NCBI GenBank assembly: GCA_030583845.1
Contig: CP129478.1
Location: forward strand, 971,686 to 1,035,685
Length of the DNA: 64,000 bases
Direction: 5' to 3'
DNA from: Candidatus Dojkabacteria bacterium
GTDB taxonomy: Bacteria; Patescibacteriota; Dojkabacteria; SC72; JAHDCA01
Of the stretch, positions 46,973 to 56,484 are shown one piece after another. A model generated the notes under the pieces. The model made no database searches. It was not told the origin of the DNA and saw nothing but the letters and a program-made list of their open reading frames with translations. Position numbers and translations under genes: made by a program. Every line of letters begins with the position of its first letter. The stretch's first letter is position 1.

Positions 46973-47617
46973 TTAGCTGATAAATTCGACAATAACCTTA
47001 TTAACCTCTTCTAGAACTTTTGGTTGATACTGGTACTTATGCTCCATTTCAGGAATCTGACACCATTCTTTTGGCGCATTTGCTTTATCAAAGATCTTTC
47101 TGGTTACCGACATTGGAACCTTCTCATCTTCTTCACCAACAACAAATAAAACTGGGCAGGTAACATTCTGAATATAATCAATTGCATTATATTCTTGGGC
47201 ATCCTCAATAAACGAAAAGGGAATACTGAGCTCACCAAACTTTGAAGAAGTAACTTTGCGATAACCTGTTTCTTTCCACTCCTTATACTTTCCAGCTAGG
47301 TCATACTCACTTCCAACCTGATAAGGACTTACAATTAAGCCAAGTTTCTTCGGAGGGAATTCAGTTGCTAGGAGAGTTGCAATTATTCCTCCCATAGAGA
47401 ACCCTAGAATTATGAGTTCTTTGCTTTCTATCGCATTGAGAGTTGCTCTTGCAGTTGCGATGGTTTCTGAAAAACTATACTTGCTCATTTTATCAGGGAT
47501 GTGAGGCCATGCAATCTTAGTCACTATGTGACCAGTGGCTTGAAGCTCTTCTCCCAATTCTTTGAAAGTGACTTCTTCTGGATAACCGGTGAACCCCGGT
47601 ATAATTAATATGTCCAT
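46973..47617 (-). CDS. Alpha/beta-hydrolase (esterase) family protein
   Basis: Nucleophile elbow 'GFSMGG'. Confidence 0.65.
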   Translation of the reverse strand: MDILIIPGFTGYPEEVTFKELGEELQATGHIVTKIAWPHIPDKMSKYSFSETIATARATLNAIESKELIILGFSMGGIIATLLATEFPPKKLGLIVSPYQVGSEYDLAGKYKEWKETGYRKVTSSKFGELSIPFSFIEDAQEYNAIDYIQNVTCPVLFVVGEEDEKVPMSVTRKIFDKANAPKEWCQIPEMEHKYQYQPKVLEEVNKVIVEFIS

Positions 47618-47670
47618 AAACCAATTATAACTTCTAAAAGAAAATAGTTCCTAATCTCGTCAACTAACTG

Positions 47671-47702
47671 ACCACATTCGTGACTCTTAGCGAATTCGAA
47701 TA
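47671..47702. repeat. Direct repeat copy 2; putative attR-like islet boundary
   Basis: See copy 1. Confidence 0.5.
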
Positions 47703-47812
47703 TGGACGATAAATCTGCAGGTCAGAGTCTTGACCCTATGTGAGTCATAATTTCATCTAGCCTTGCTATCAAATCCTCCAATATCTATTCTAGCTTAGCT
47801 ATCTTCCAATCA

Positions 47813-48013
47813 CTACACACCCTCAAAAAGCGTCTCAACAAAGTTAAGAATCAAACCCATCGTTTTATCGGTAAGTGATCGCCTCTCGAGGATTTTGGGA
47901 GGGGTATTTAATGACTTAACAACCTCATCTCCAATATGCTTTCTCTCTGTAAATAGATATTCATCAATAATTTCTTGAACTTTAGATTCGTTAAGATCAT
48001 TTTCTGCACACAT
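47813..48013 (-). CDS. Small hypothetical protein
   Basis: 66-aa ORF; no motif. Confidence 0.3.
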   Translation of the reverse strand: MCAENDLNESKVQEIIDEYLFTERKHIGDEVVKSLNTPPKILERRSLTDKTMGLILNFVETLFEGV

Positions 48014-48230
48014 TTTCTTGAACTACCTGGAATTTCCGGGTAGTTGAGTTTCTATCTAACTCGCCTACTTTATATATGTTTTGAGAAGGCTCATAACTGT
48101 GTTAGTGTCTTTATCAAACAGTTTCTCTATATGTTTTTGGGTTAACCAAACGGTCTCATTTTCGAGATTAACCTCAACTGTTATTACACGGTCTGATCTT
48201 TGTAAAAGATGAGCTCTTTTTTTAAGAAAT

Positions 48231-49802
48231 TTATAAAAAGTACTGACTCATATATTGCCTCAATGAATCATCAACTATATATACATATGTTCCGTTAATA
48301 CCACGAGTGAGTAGAGTTGTATATATGTTCTTTATGTATGCTTCTAATTCTGCTGGATCAGAAATTGCTCTCTTTCCATTGAAGTCGAGGTATTTTGATT
48401 TATCAACAACCACTTTATGTTTGTTTTTGTCGTAAGAAATCTCGGGTCCAATTATTACACCTGCATAATTCAGATCATAGCCCTGAATCGTGTGAATACA
48501 CCCAATTTCATTTACTGCATTAGGTGAATTAACCCAATCTTCTGTGACACTATTCCACTTAAGCCGTGTGCCGTCAATTTCAATATCATAATCGATCTCA
48601 TTGTTTCCTTTGGTCTTCCATTCCCAGGCATATCCTGCGAGTATCCTTGAAAGACTGTAATCATAATCCTTTTCTTTGATTGCCAAGACCATATCTTTTA
48701 TATTATTAAAGAGTTTGAATTCATAGGTATAGAATTTATTTGGATACGGATTGGAGCAGTTTAAAATATCCCTTATATATTCTATATAGTCCATTCCTCC
48801 ATTGACTCTCATCTGAGAAGTTAATTTGTGGTTTACAAAGGAAATATTGTCTAATGCGTTATATTTAATGTCAGCTGGCTTTACTGACTGATACTTGTCA
48901 TAAAATAGCACTTGATGCTTTGATGATTGCAGGATCCAGTCTAATTGTGTAGCAGAGTCTTTCTCAAGTCCTAAAGATGCAGAGATCTTATCGAAATCTC
49001 TATAGTTTGTTAGGTTTACCCGTCTTTGTAGCCGATGGGCTTCGTCAACAATCAAGATATCGTACTTTTTCCTTACTACATCATTAGGACCAATTACCAT
49101 ACCTGGCGTTAGACCCTTAATATTTCTAAAGACGCGCTTAAGTGTTTTACGAAGCGATGTCATTGGAATAACAAGACCTATCTCTAAGTCTTTAGACCAT
49201 TTCTTCATGCTTAATGCTTTTACTAGATAGGTGGCTACAATTGTCTTCCCCGTTCCTGGCTCACCGGATACAAGATGGGGAATTCTTTCCCCAAATTTAA
49301 TACTGGACATTATCTTATCAACGACGTCTAGCTGATCTTGCGAGAGGGCTTTGTACGGAGAATATTTAAACAAATCACTATTTTGAATTTGAACAAGATC
49401 ATTATCGACTACTTTTAACTTTTGAAGTTCTTTCCAAATAGTCTCAAATTTAGCTTGATAACGCTCTCTATCGTAATAATTTGACTCCTGTATTCCAAAA
49501 TTAGCATTTTGTAATAGGTATTTACCATCGCCGGACATATATCTAATCAAGGAGGATTCTATGTCAAGCGTAGCAGACTTGTTATATTCATCATCTGCAA
49601 TTATATACATTGAGTTTAGCTTAGCCCTGTCTGCCTTCTCGAAATGCTGGCTAGCCCGTCTATATGCTGCTGTAGTTTCTCCAATATAGGCTTCCTTACC
49701 GTCTTCAAGAATATACACTATTGGCCAATTCTCACCGTATCGATAATCCCTTACATTTGTAAATTGATCCTTCCTGTAATTAAATTTCTTGATCTCGTAC
49801 AT
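48231..49802 (-). CDS. GIY-YIG nuclease domain fused to a DUF2075-type P-loop ATPase/helicase-like domain
   Basis: N-terminal 'PIVYILEDGKEAYIGETT...YRRASQH' (GIY-YIG). Walker A 'GEPGTGKT' and Walker B 'ILIVDEAHRLQ', with overall shape like DUF2075 proteins. Confidence 0.65.
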   Translation of the reverse strand: MYEIKKFNYRKDQFTNVRDYRYGENWPIVYILEDGKEAYIGETTAAYRRASQHFEKADRAKLNSMYIIADDEYNKSATLDIESSLIRYMSGDGKYLLQNANFGIQESNYYDRERYQAKFETIWKELQKLKVVDNDLVQIQNSDLFKYSPYKALSQDQLDVVDKIMSSIKFGERIPHLVSGEPGTGKTIVATYLVKALSMKKWSKDLEIGLVIPMTSLRKTLKRVFRNIKGLTPGMVIGPNDVVRKKYDILIVDEAHRLQRRVNLTNYRDFDKISASLGLEKDSATQLDWILQSSKHQVLFYDKYQSVKPADIKYNALDNISFVNHKLTSQMRVNGGMDYIEYIRDILNCSNPYPNKFYTYEFKLFNNIKDMVLAIKEKDYDYSLSRILAGYAWEWKTKGNNEIDYDIEIDGTRLKWNSVTEDWVNSPNAVNEIGCIHTIQGYDLNYAGVIIGPEISYDKNKHKVVVDKSKYLDFNGKRAISDPAELEAYIKNIYTTLLTRGINGTYVYIVDDSLRQYMSQYFL

Positions 49803-49804
49803 AG

Positions 49805-50131
49805 CTATTTCTTGAATTTGGTATATTTGGTGGCATTACCTTTAGCTTTCTCAACAGGATATTTTTCTTCACTTATTGCTAATTTATCTGAAGCTACTTT
49901 TTCAAGGTCAATATCTAGTGAATTTGCAAACAGAAGAAGATAGGTATAGAGGTCTGCTACTTCTGATTTAACATCCTCTAGGTCATATTTATCCGTCCAC
50001 TGGAAGCATTCTAATAACTCTCCTGCTTCGATAGATAATGATTTGGCAAGATTTTGCGGGGTATGGAACTGTTTCCAATCTCTTGCATCCCGAAAATTTA
50101 TGAGTCTTTCTAGTAATTTTGAGTGTTTCAT
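49805..50131 (-). CDS. MazG-like nucleoside triphosphate pyrophosphohydrolase (small, YpjD-like)
   Basis: 'LSIEAGELLECFQW' and 'EVADLYTYLLLFANSLDIDLE' (EExxE / ExxD helices of the MazG fold). Its stop is 3 nt from the next gene's start. Confidence 0.7.
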   Translation of the reverse strand: MKHSKLLERLINFRDARDWKQFHTPQNLAKSLSIEAGELLECFQWTDKYDLEDVKSEVADLYTYLLLFANSLDIDLEKVASDKLAISEEKYPVEKAKGNATKYTKFKK

Positions 50132-50266
50132 AAACTTAATCTTTTAATTATACTTTAACATTCTATCACTTGATGTTTAGGGGATACAGATACCCTCACA
50201 ACAATAGTTCAAACTCCAAGTTCAATTTTACTATTCTGTGTAGTTGTATTTCTGCCTGCCAGTTTA

Positions 50267-50770
50267 GTGGTCTTTTCACTCATAGGCCTTTATACTACCC
50301 CAATGCGAATCAACCTAAAAAAATACTACATAGAAATCCAATCGCCCACACTCTGCACCCTCATAGGCAGACTAAATGGCTTTGCCAACCCAGAAAGCGT
50401 CAAAGCTGGAGCATTTTACCCTTTCCTCTACCTCCGTTTTCCAGACCATCCAAATAACCCCACATGGATAAATCACGAGAAGATTCATTTTCGCCAGCAG
50501 TTGGAGTTACTTTTCATATTCTATTTCATCTTTATCGCGGCAGAGCGAATCTATTACAGATACTTCCGAAAATTATCACCATTAGACTCATATCTTGCAT
50601 CTGCATTTGAGCAGGAGTGCTACATCAATCAGAGTGATACACTGTATCTGAGTAGGCGAAGGCCGTATGCATTTCTGAAGTATATGCGTGAGAAGAGAAC
50701 TATTAGGTTTGTTGATAGAGAGGGGAATATAACGATCACAAATGACGAGCTTATCGCAATCAATAGTTAA
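50267..50770 (+). CDS. Hypothetical protein with an HExxH motif ('HEKIH'); its 3' end is copy 1 of an 89-bp repeat
   Basis: 167-aa ORF; C-terminal 'YLSRRRPYAFLKYMREKRTIRF' recurs at 58549-58637. Confidence 0.45.
   Translation: MVFSLIGLYTTPMRINLKKYYIEIQSPTLCTLIGRLNGFANPESVKAGAFYPFLYLRFPDHPNNPTWINHEKIHFRQQLELLFIFYFIFIAAERIYYRYFRKLSPLDSYLASAFEQECYINQSDTLYLSRRRPYAFLKYMREKRTIRFVDREGNITITNDELIAINS
50642..50730. repeat. 89-bp direct repeat, copy 1 (3' end of CDS 50267-50770)
   Basis: About 90% identical to 58549-58637, including a 31-nt exact block 'tatgcatttctgaagtatatgcgtgagaaga'. Confidence 0.85.
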
Positions 50771-50799
50771 AAATAACGATTAACAAGGTATAAGAATAA

Positions 50800-51282
50800 G
50801 TGAAAAAGTTCATGTTTGAGCCACTAATATATACATTTAAGAACTTCCCTTACAAATCCTGTCTAGGGCTGTCAGTATTTGAGTTTCATAAACTAACGTC
50901 CGATTTTCAGCTTTTTCAGGATGAAATTATAAAGTTGAAACCTACAATCGTTATAGGCGTAGCCAAAAGCCCTACAAACAAATCAAATTTCGAGAGTAGA
51001 GCAGTAAATCAATACAACCATGCTAAGAAGTTGGATGTAGGGGGCATTTATGAATATACTCTTGATTACCCAGAAAATGGATTTGGCAGTATTGGCATAA
51101 GCGCTGACTTTACCGATAGCTTTTGTAATTGGACAATGTATAGGATTTCGCAAATATTAGTTGGTACTGACACTAGATTACAGTTCATTCATATAGCAGA
51201 ACCAGATCTACCAGACATGGAAAAGTATCTGATGTATATCAGAGATAATAAGGTTCAATACTTATCTGTTTCAGATTCCTAA
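50800..51282 (+). CDS. Hypothetical protein
   Basis: 160-aa ORF. Confidence 0.45.
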   Translation: MKKFMFEPLIYTFKNFPYKSCLGLSVFEFHKLTSDFQLFQDEIIKLKPTIVIGVAKSPTNKSNFESRAVNQYNHAKKLDVGGIYEYTLDYPENGFGSIGISADFTDSFCNWTMYRISQILVGTDTRLQFIHIAEPDLPDMEKYLMYIRDNKVQYLSVSDS

Positions 51283-51358
51283 AATTTCGTTTGAAATGTA
51301 TAATTCACGAAATTCCTGCCCCATTTTCTTTTTACATAGCGATGAAATGCATAATTAA

Positions 51359-52048
51359 ATGAGTAAAGCATCCTTTGTAAGTGCACATAATAAAAAGGAT
51401 TGGCCATCTACCGGGAATAGATATCAACAGATCGAAGATGCAATCAGACTCAAGACAGTGTCAATTGTTGAGCTGATAGAACACAGAAAACGGAATGGAC
51501 TTCCGTCAAATGTGCTCGATCTCTTTGGACCGGGAGGTAACACAGGAAAAGCATTCATGCGAAAAGCGGACAGTTGGACCGGCATTAGATTAAATCCAGG
51601 TATAAATACACATGCAGAAGTGCTTGTAGCTGACCTATTTGATCCTGTGGCTAGAGATTCGATATGTTTGCCCGTTCAGCCAGATATTATCCTATGTAAT
51701 CCAATCGGTGCATTTGGTTTAGAAGGGATTAGAGGCCTAGACTATAAAGATTGGAGCATTTTCATGCAAGAATTTTATAGCTGGGCATATTCACACCTCT
51801 CATCAAATTACGGATTAATGTTTTCAGAATTAATGTCGTTTGTTCCAGATGGAATCTACTATAAAGCATGGCCCGAAATGTACAGGGACATGGTGAGCCA
51901 ATATATAACTGGATTGAGATCTCAAGGAGTTAATGTCACAGTACCAGCTTTAGAAACTGACACAGATGCGATGAGATCCATATTATTTGAGAAAGGTCCT
52001 GATTCGCCACACTGTTTACAGTTTGTTGAAATTGACTTGCAGGTATAA
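51359..52048 (+). CDS. Hypothetical protein with weak SAM-methyltransferase-like motifs
   Basis: 'VLDLFGPGGNTG' (motif I-like) and 'ILCNPIGAFG' (motif IV-like); tentative. Confidence 0.35.
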   Translation: MSKASFVSAHNKKDWPSTGNRYQQIEDAIRLKTVSIVELIEHRKRNGLPSNVLDLFGPGGNTGKAFMRKADSWTGIRLNPGINTHAEVLVADLFDPVARDSICLPVQPDIILCNPIGAFGLEGIRGLDYKDWSIFMQEFYSWAYSHLSSNYGLMFSELMSFVPDGIYYKAWPEMYRDMVSQYITGLRSQGVNVTVPALETDTDAMRSILFEKGPDSPHCLQFVEIDLQV

Positions 52049-52176
52049 TTTGGGGCTCACACTAGTCAAGAACCTAGCCATCATACAAACACCATTTCCC
52101 ATCCATTGAGACCCAACAATAATGTCCGTTTTACATCTCCCTGGGAATAAGTCTACCTCTTTCTTGCATACTTCTC

Positions 52177-52701
52177 CTACTTAATCCCATACTTACCATC
52201 AACAGAATCCCTAAACAAAGGCAGCCTTAACGGTTTGAAGCTTAATATCCCAAAAATTATGCTCTGCCCAAAAATAACTAGAAGAATTACCCACATAGGT
52301 AGTTCAAAATTAGTATTAATATACAAGAAATAGGAGGTTAGCTGACCTAAAATTATCGCAATTAGAAATACAGCTAAATCTAATACTAATACGTTCTTTC
52401 CTAGAATCCTTGGATAGATCCATTCTGCAACTAAAATAAAGAGGATCATGACATAAATCCCGATAATTTCAGAACTAAAAAATTTCAACGTAGACTGGTT
52501 TAATAAAATGTATTGAAAGATTGCAAAAATTAAAGCTGGATAAAAAGCGATCTTCAAATGTTCCCAAATACTTTCATTAACAGGACTAAATATAGCCATC
52601 CAAGGCCTTTTACCTCCATATTTATAAAGAAAGTGAAAAAATGAGCCTAAGATGAATATTATTGGGATTCCTATTAATTCAACAATAGCTATTTGATTCA
52701 T
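52177..52701 (-). CDS. Polytopic small membrane protein
   Basis: 174 aa, about 5 TM. Confidence 0.5.
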   Translation of the reverse strand: MNQIAIVELIGIPIIFILGSFFHFLYKYGGKRPWMAIFSPVNESIWEHLKIAFYPALIFAIFQYILLNQSTLKFFSSEIIGIYVMILFILVAEWIYPRILGKNVLVLDLAVFLIAIILGQLTSYFLYINTNFELPMWVILLVIFGQSIIFGILSFKPLRLPLFRDSVDGKYGIK

Positions 52702-52798
52702 GTGTTGTTCGTAATAGTGGAATAGCTAATTGTACACCATAACGTGGTATAATTACCTGGTGTCAGATTAAGTCAGTTTAAATTTAGCAAAGTCAGAA

Positions 52799-53164
52799 AT
52801 GTCAGAACAAAATAGATACTCTTCGCATTTTGTATGCGGAGTCATCAAATTCGACTACAAAGTCGCAGGTTTCAGAGATCTCATCACAGTCGCCCAGGAG
52901 TGGGCTAAAGACGAAAACTTCTACGAGCTAATCGTTCGTTCAGTCTCAGACAAAAATTTTGGACTTCAATTTACATATTATGCAGAGGGAACAGTAGGAG
53001 GCTGGTTTGGTGATACATACATCAAACCGCTTTTAGCGAAGTTCCCATCATATGCGGTAGATGTAGCCTATGATGGTCGTACCCGAGAGGAAGTAAAAGC
53101 GGAGGTACTAGACGGGGTAGTGGTTAGCAAATCATTGCCTATTGGGAAGGTGGTGAAGGAGTAG
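52799..53164 (+). CDS. Hypothetical protein
   Basis: 121-aa ORF. Confidence 0.45.
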   Translation: MSEQNRYSSHFVCGVIKFDYKVAGFRDLITVAQEWAKDENFYELIVRSVSDKNFGLQFTYYAEGTVGGWFGDTYIKPLLAKFPSYAVDVAYDGRTREEVKAEVLDGVVVSKSLPIGKVVKE

Positions 53165-53418
53165 GGTAGCATTTGTTGCCTAGCCGGCATCTCTGACACC
53201 AGCTGGCTAGGGAATGCTTAACTAACACAGATCTACTCTAGGATATCACTTATAGCTATTTTTCCGTGTAAGGTAAAAAACTATATTAGAATAACACTTG
53301 AGAATCACAGTTTACGTTATGACACAGATATACTACTGAAATACATAGAGGGAGTCGTAAGTGATTCTGAAAATATGGAATGTCGCAATTTATTTTAACG
53401 AGATAAACTAAAGTATTT

Positions 53419-54447
53419 ATGAAGATTATATTTTTTGTAGTTAAAGGATTGGAAGATATTGCAGAAAACGAACTGATGCAATTTGGCGTAGAGATAGAAA
53501 AGGTTGATACGAAATAAATTGTTGGTTCTTTCGCAGGTGACTTACATGATTTGTGCAATTTAAAAACTGTTGATGATTTAGCATTACTCTTTGATTCCTT
53601 TGAGGTAGGTAAGAATACGGTGATAGAAGATATTATAGAGCACGTCAGCAAAGCAAACATCAAACAATATATTCAAGTAATTGAGCAGCTAAGAGAGCTA
53701 TCAAGTAACTTCTCAATAACGATAAGCAAATACAAATCCACTGCAGATACATATGAACTGAAAGCGCAATTAGCCAGTCAACTAAGCTCTGAGCTAGATA
53801 TGCAGTTCACAGAGAAAGAGCATGAGAATTTTGACGTGCGAATAAGCATAGGGCAACAGAGGGTAGTCTTGGCTATACGCTTGTTTGCAAAACCTTTGCA
53901 TGATCGAGAATACGTTACACATAATTATTTAGGTTCATTAAAACCGACCATATCAGCATCGCTTTATAAAATGGCTTGCTCAAAAATAAAAGATAAAGAT
54001 AAAGTACAATTAGTTGATAATTTTTGCGGTAGTGGCACGATACTATGTGAGTCATTTCTACAAGGTGCAGAGGTCTCGGGTGGTGATGTGAGCCCGGAAG
54101 CTGTGAAGATGGCAGGGGAGAATTTGAAAGCTGTTGGAGCTAAAGACTTTACTCTTAAGATAGAATCTGCCTTTTCCACAGATTGGGATGAGGCGCAGTT
54201 TAACCTAGCTATTTCAAATCCACCATGGGGTGAACAACTTGAGGTTGCAAGTATGACTGAACTTTATGAAAAATCAGTAAGAGAGTATAAAAGAATATTA
54301 ACCGATGACGCTGTACTTTGCTTTATTGTCAAGAAACCTGACCTCCTAATAAAGTTTATAAAATCTCATTTCCCTAAGCATAGAATAGAAAGCCGCACTA
54401 TTAGTTTTAACGGCCAGCAGCCAACTATTGTTATTGCTTATCTATAA
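53419..54447 (+). pseudogene. THUMP/RlmL-like SAM-dependent RNA (m2G-type) methyltransferase interrupted by a single in-frame TAA at 53515-53517. The intact downstream ORF starts at TTG 53551.
   Basis: Upstream mini-ORF 'MKIIFFVVKGLEDIAENELMQFGVEIEKVDTK*' is in the same frame and continues 'IVGSFAGDLHDL...'. Downstream are 'DNFCGSGTIL' (motif I) and 'SNPPWG' (motif IV). Confidence 0.55.
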
Positions 54448-55402
54448 TATTTGTAAACTAATCGCTATGAAATATGACAACGCTACTATACGAGATAATA
54501 TTGTCAGGAGTATCGAAACAAATTACCAAATAGTTGTCGATACTGTGAGCTTTATCCCAATTGGTGAAGAAAGTTATTCCTACAAAATTAAAGGTAAGAA
54601 TAGTCAGACGTTTTTCGCCAAGTACTGTGCCAAGAAAGAAATCATTGCAAGTATTGATATAGTAAACGAGCTATTACTAAAATTAAGCAATTTTGAATTT
54701 GTAGTTCCTCCAATTCAAATAAGAGGTAAAACCTCATGCTCAGTATTGGAAGGTAAACTCTACCTGTTTCCATTTATTAATGGCACAAATATTAGCTTAG
54801 GTAATCATGATTGGGATAAAACCCTCTATGAAAGGATTTTCGACATAATGATTAAAATTCACAATTCAACTCACATTATTAATCTTAATTTACCTAAAGA
54901 AACATTTGAGAATAACTTTATTGATAGGCTTAATCTATTAGTGTCTGTAGTAGGCAACAATCAAAATTATGACAAACAAACAAACGAATTGTTGATTATG
55001 AACGAAACACTAATTCGTAAAATTATAAATCAACACACCTTATTAGGAGCGATGTATAAGAAAAAGAATTTGAGATTTGTTCTGACTCACGGTGATATTA
55101 CGGGTTTGAATATAATTAAAACAACAAAAGGGATGAAGTTAATTGATTGGGACGGTGCAATGTTTACTCCTTCCGAAAGAGACCTTAACTTTCTTTCATC
55201 AAATAAACATTTTTCAATAAAGAAATATATTACAGAAACTAAAAGTAAACATTACCCCGACTTATTAGACTACTACGGACAGCAATGGTCACTAAATAGT
55301 ATTTTAGAGAATTTCGAAGCGTTACTTTCTTCGAATATGACTAATATAAATAAAGATGACTGTATCGATGAAATTAACGAATATTTGTCATACTATAAAT
55401 AA
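54428..55402 (+). CDS. Aminoglycoside/choline-kinase-like phosphotransferase (APH fold)
   Basis: Catalytic 'LTHGDITGLN' (HGDxxxxN) and 'LIDWDGA' (DxD metal site). Confidence 0.6.
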   Translation: MLLLIYNICKLIAMKYDNATIRDNIVRSIETNYQIVVDTVSFIPIGEESYSYKIKGKNSQTFFAKYCAKKEIIASIDIVNELLLKLSNFEFVVPPIQIRGKTSCSVLEGKLYLFPFINGTNISLGNHDWDKTLYERIFDIMIKIHNSTHIINLNLPKETFENNFIDRLNLLVSVVGNNQNYDKQTNELLIMNETLIRKIINQHTLLGAMYKKKNLRFVLTHGDITGLNIIKTTKGMKLIDWDGAMFTPSERDLNFLSSNKHFSIKKYITETKSKHYPDLLDYYGQQWSLNSILENFEALLSSNMTNINKDDCIDEINEYLSYYK

Positions 55403-55563
55403 GTTTAGAGAGGGTGCTTAAGGAGGGATATGAAAATTACTTACATTAGGGTTGTTCCAGTCATAAAGCAGAAAAGCTATTTATAAACGACCTCCATTTT
55501 ATTGCACCTATGATTCTGATACTATTAGTAGCAGATATCTAAATTAATTGCCTTCCCCACTCA

Positions 55564-56334
55564 ATGAACGACAAAACCATGAAAGGACTTAACAGATCAA
55601 ATCTCGCACTATCAGCACTTCATTTCGCACAAGCATTAGCTGTGCTCTTTCTATCGAGTGCTGACCAAGGAGTCGTCCCGATTACGACCAATTACTTAAA
55701 ATTTGATCCAGCTACAAGCGCTTTAGCACCTGCAACTACCGAGCTATTTACAGTGAATCTGGCATGGTTTGTTGTTATATTTTTCTTGATCTGCTCATTA
55801 GCACATCTGAGTATTGCAACTGTATATCGCAAGAGATATGAATCAGACTTAAAGGTAGGGATAAACAAAGCAAGATGGATAGAGTACTCATTAAGCGCAA
55901 GCGTGATGATGCTGGCAATAAGCTTCCTGACCGGAATCTACGATATTTCCAGCCTAATAATGATCTTCACCCTTGTAGCTTTAATGAACCTGCTTGGACT
56001 TGCAATGGAGCTGATCAACAAAGGGAAGGAGAAGACCGACTGGTATACATACTGGCTGGGCTGTATAGCGGGGATTGTGCCCTGGATAGTGTTTGGGGTG
56101 TATGTCTTTGGCGCTAACAAGTATGGCGGTGGCAATATTCCTGACTTTGTGTACTGGATCTATGTCTCGATATTTATTTTCTTCAATTGCTTTGCGGTGA
56201 ATATGTTCTTGCAGTACAAGAAGATAGGGCCATGGAGGGATTATCTATACGGCGAGCGTGTTTATATGATTCTGAGTTTGGTAGCTAAGTCGCTACTCGC
56301 GTGGCAGGTGTTTGCTGGAGTTCTGAGACCTTAG
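55564..56334 (+). CDS. Heliorhodopsin
   Basis: 7-TM, 256 aa, with near-identical blocks to heliorhodopsin 48C12 as I recall it: 'RWIEYSLSASVMM', 'WLGCIAGIVPWI', 'FVYWIYVSIFIFFN', 'LQYKKIGPWRDYLYGERVYMILSLVAKSLLAWQVF'. The Schiff-base Lys lies in 'SLVAKS'. Confidence 0.85.
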   Translation: MNDKTMKGLNRSNLALSALHFAQALAVLFLSSADQGVVPITTNYLKFDPATSALAPATTELFTVNLAWFVVIFFLICSLAHLSIATVYRKRYESDLKVGINKARWIEYSLSASVMMLAISFLTGIYDISSLIMIFTLVALMNLLGLAMELINKGKEKTDWYTYWLGCIAGIVPWIVFGVYVFGANKYGGGNIPDFVYWIYVSIFIFFNCFAVNMFLQYKKIGPWRDYLYGERVYMILSLVAKSLLAWQVFAGVLRP

Positions 56335-56484
56335 AATTTTACAGAGCCGAAGTTACGGGTTTAATTGAATAATGAAACCTTATACCCACGGCCGTTATTG
56401 CGTTTGTAGTAGAAGTAATACTTGCGTGAATTGTGGTAGTATAAAGAAATAAAAATCATCCCTACTAGAACCTAATCAAAACAG

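Noticed and set aside
53286-53663. 125-aa minus-strand ORF
   Set aside because: Overlaps the RNA methyltransferase N-terminus and its in-frame upstream segment; Ser/Ile-rich shadow ORF.
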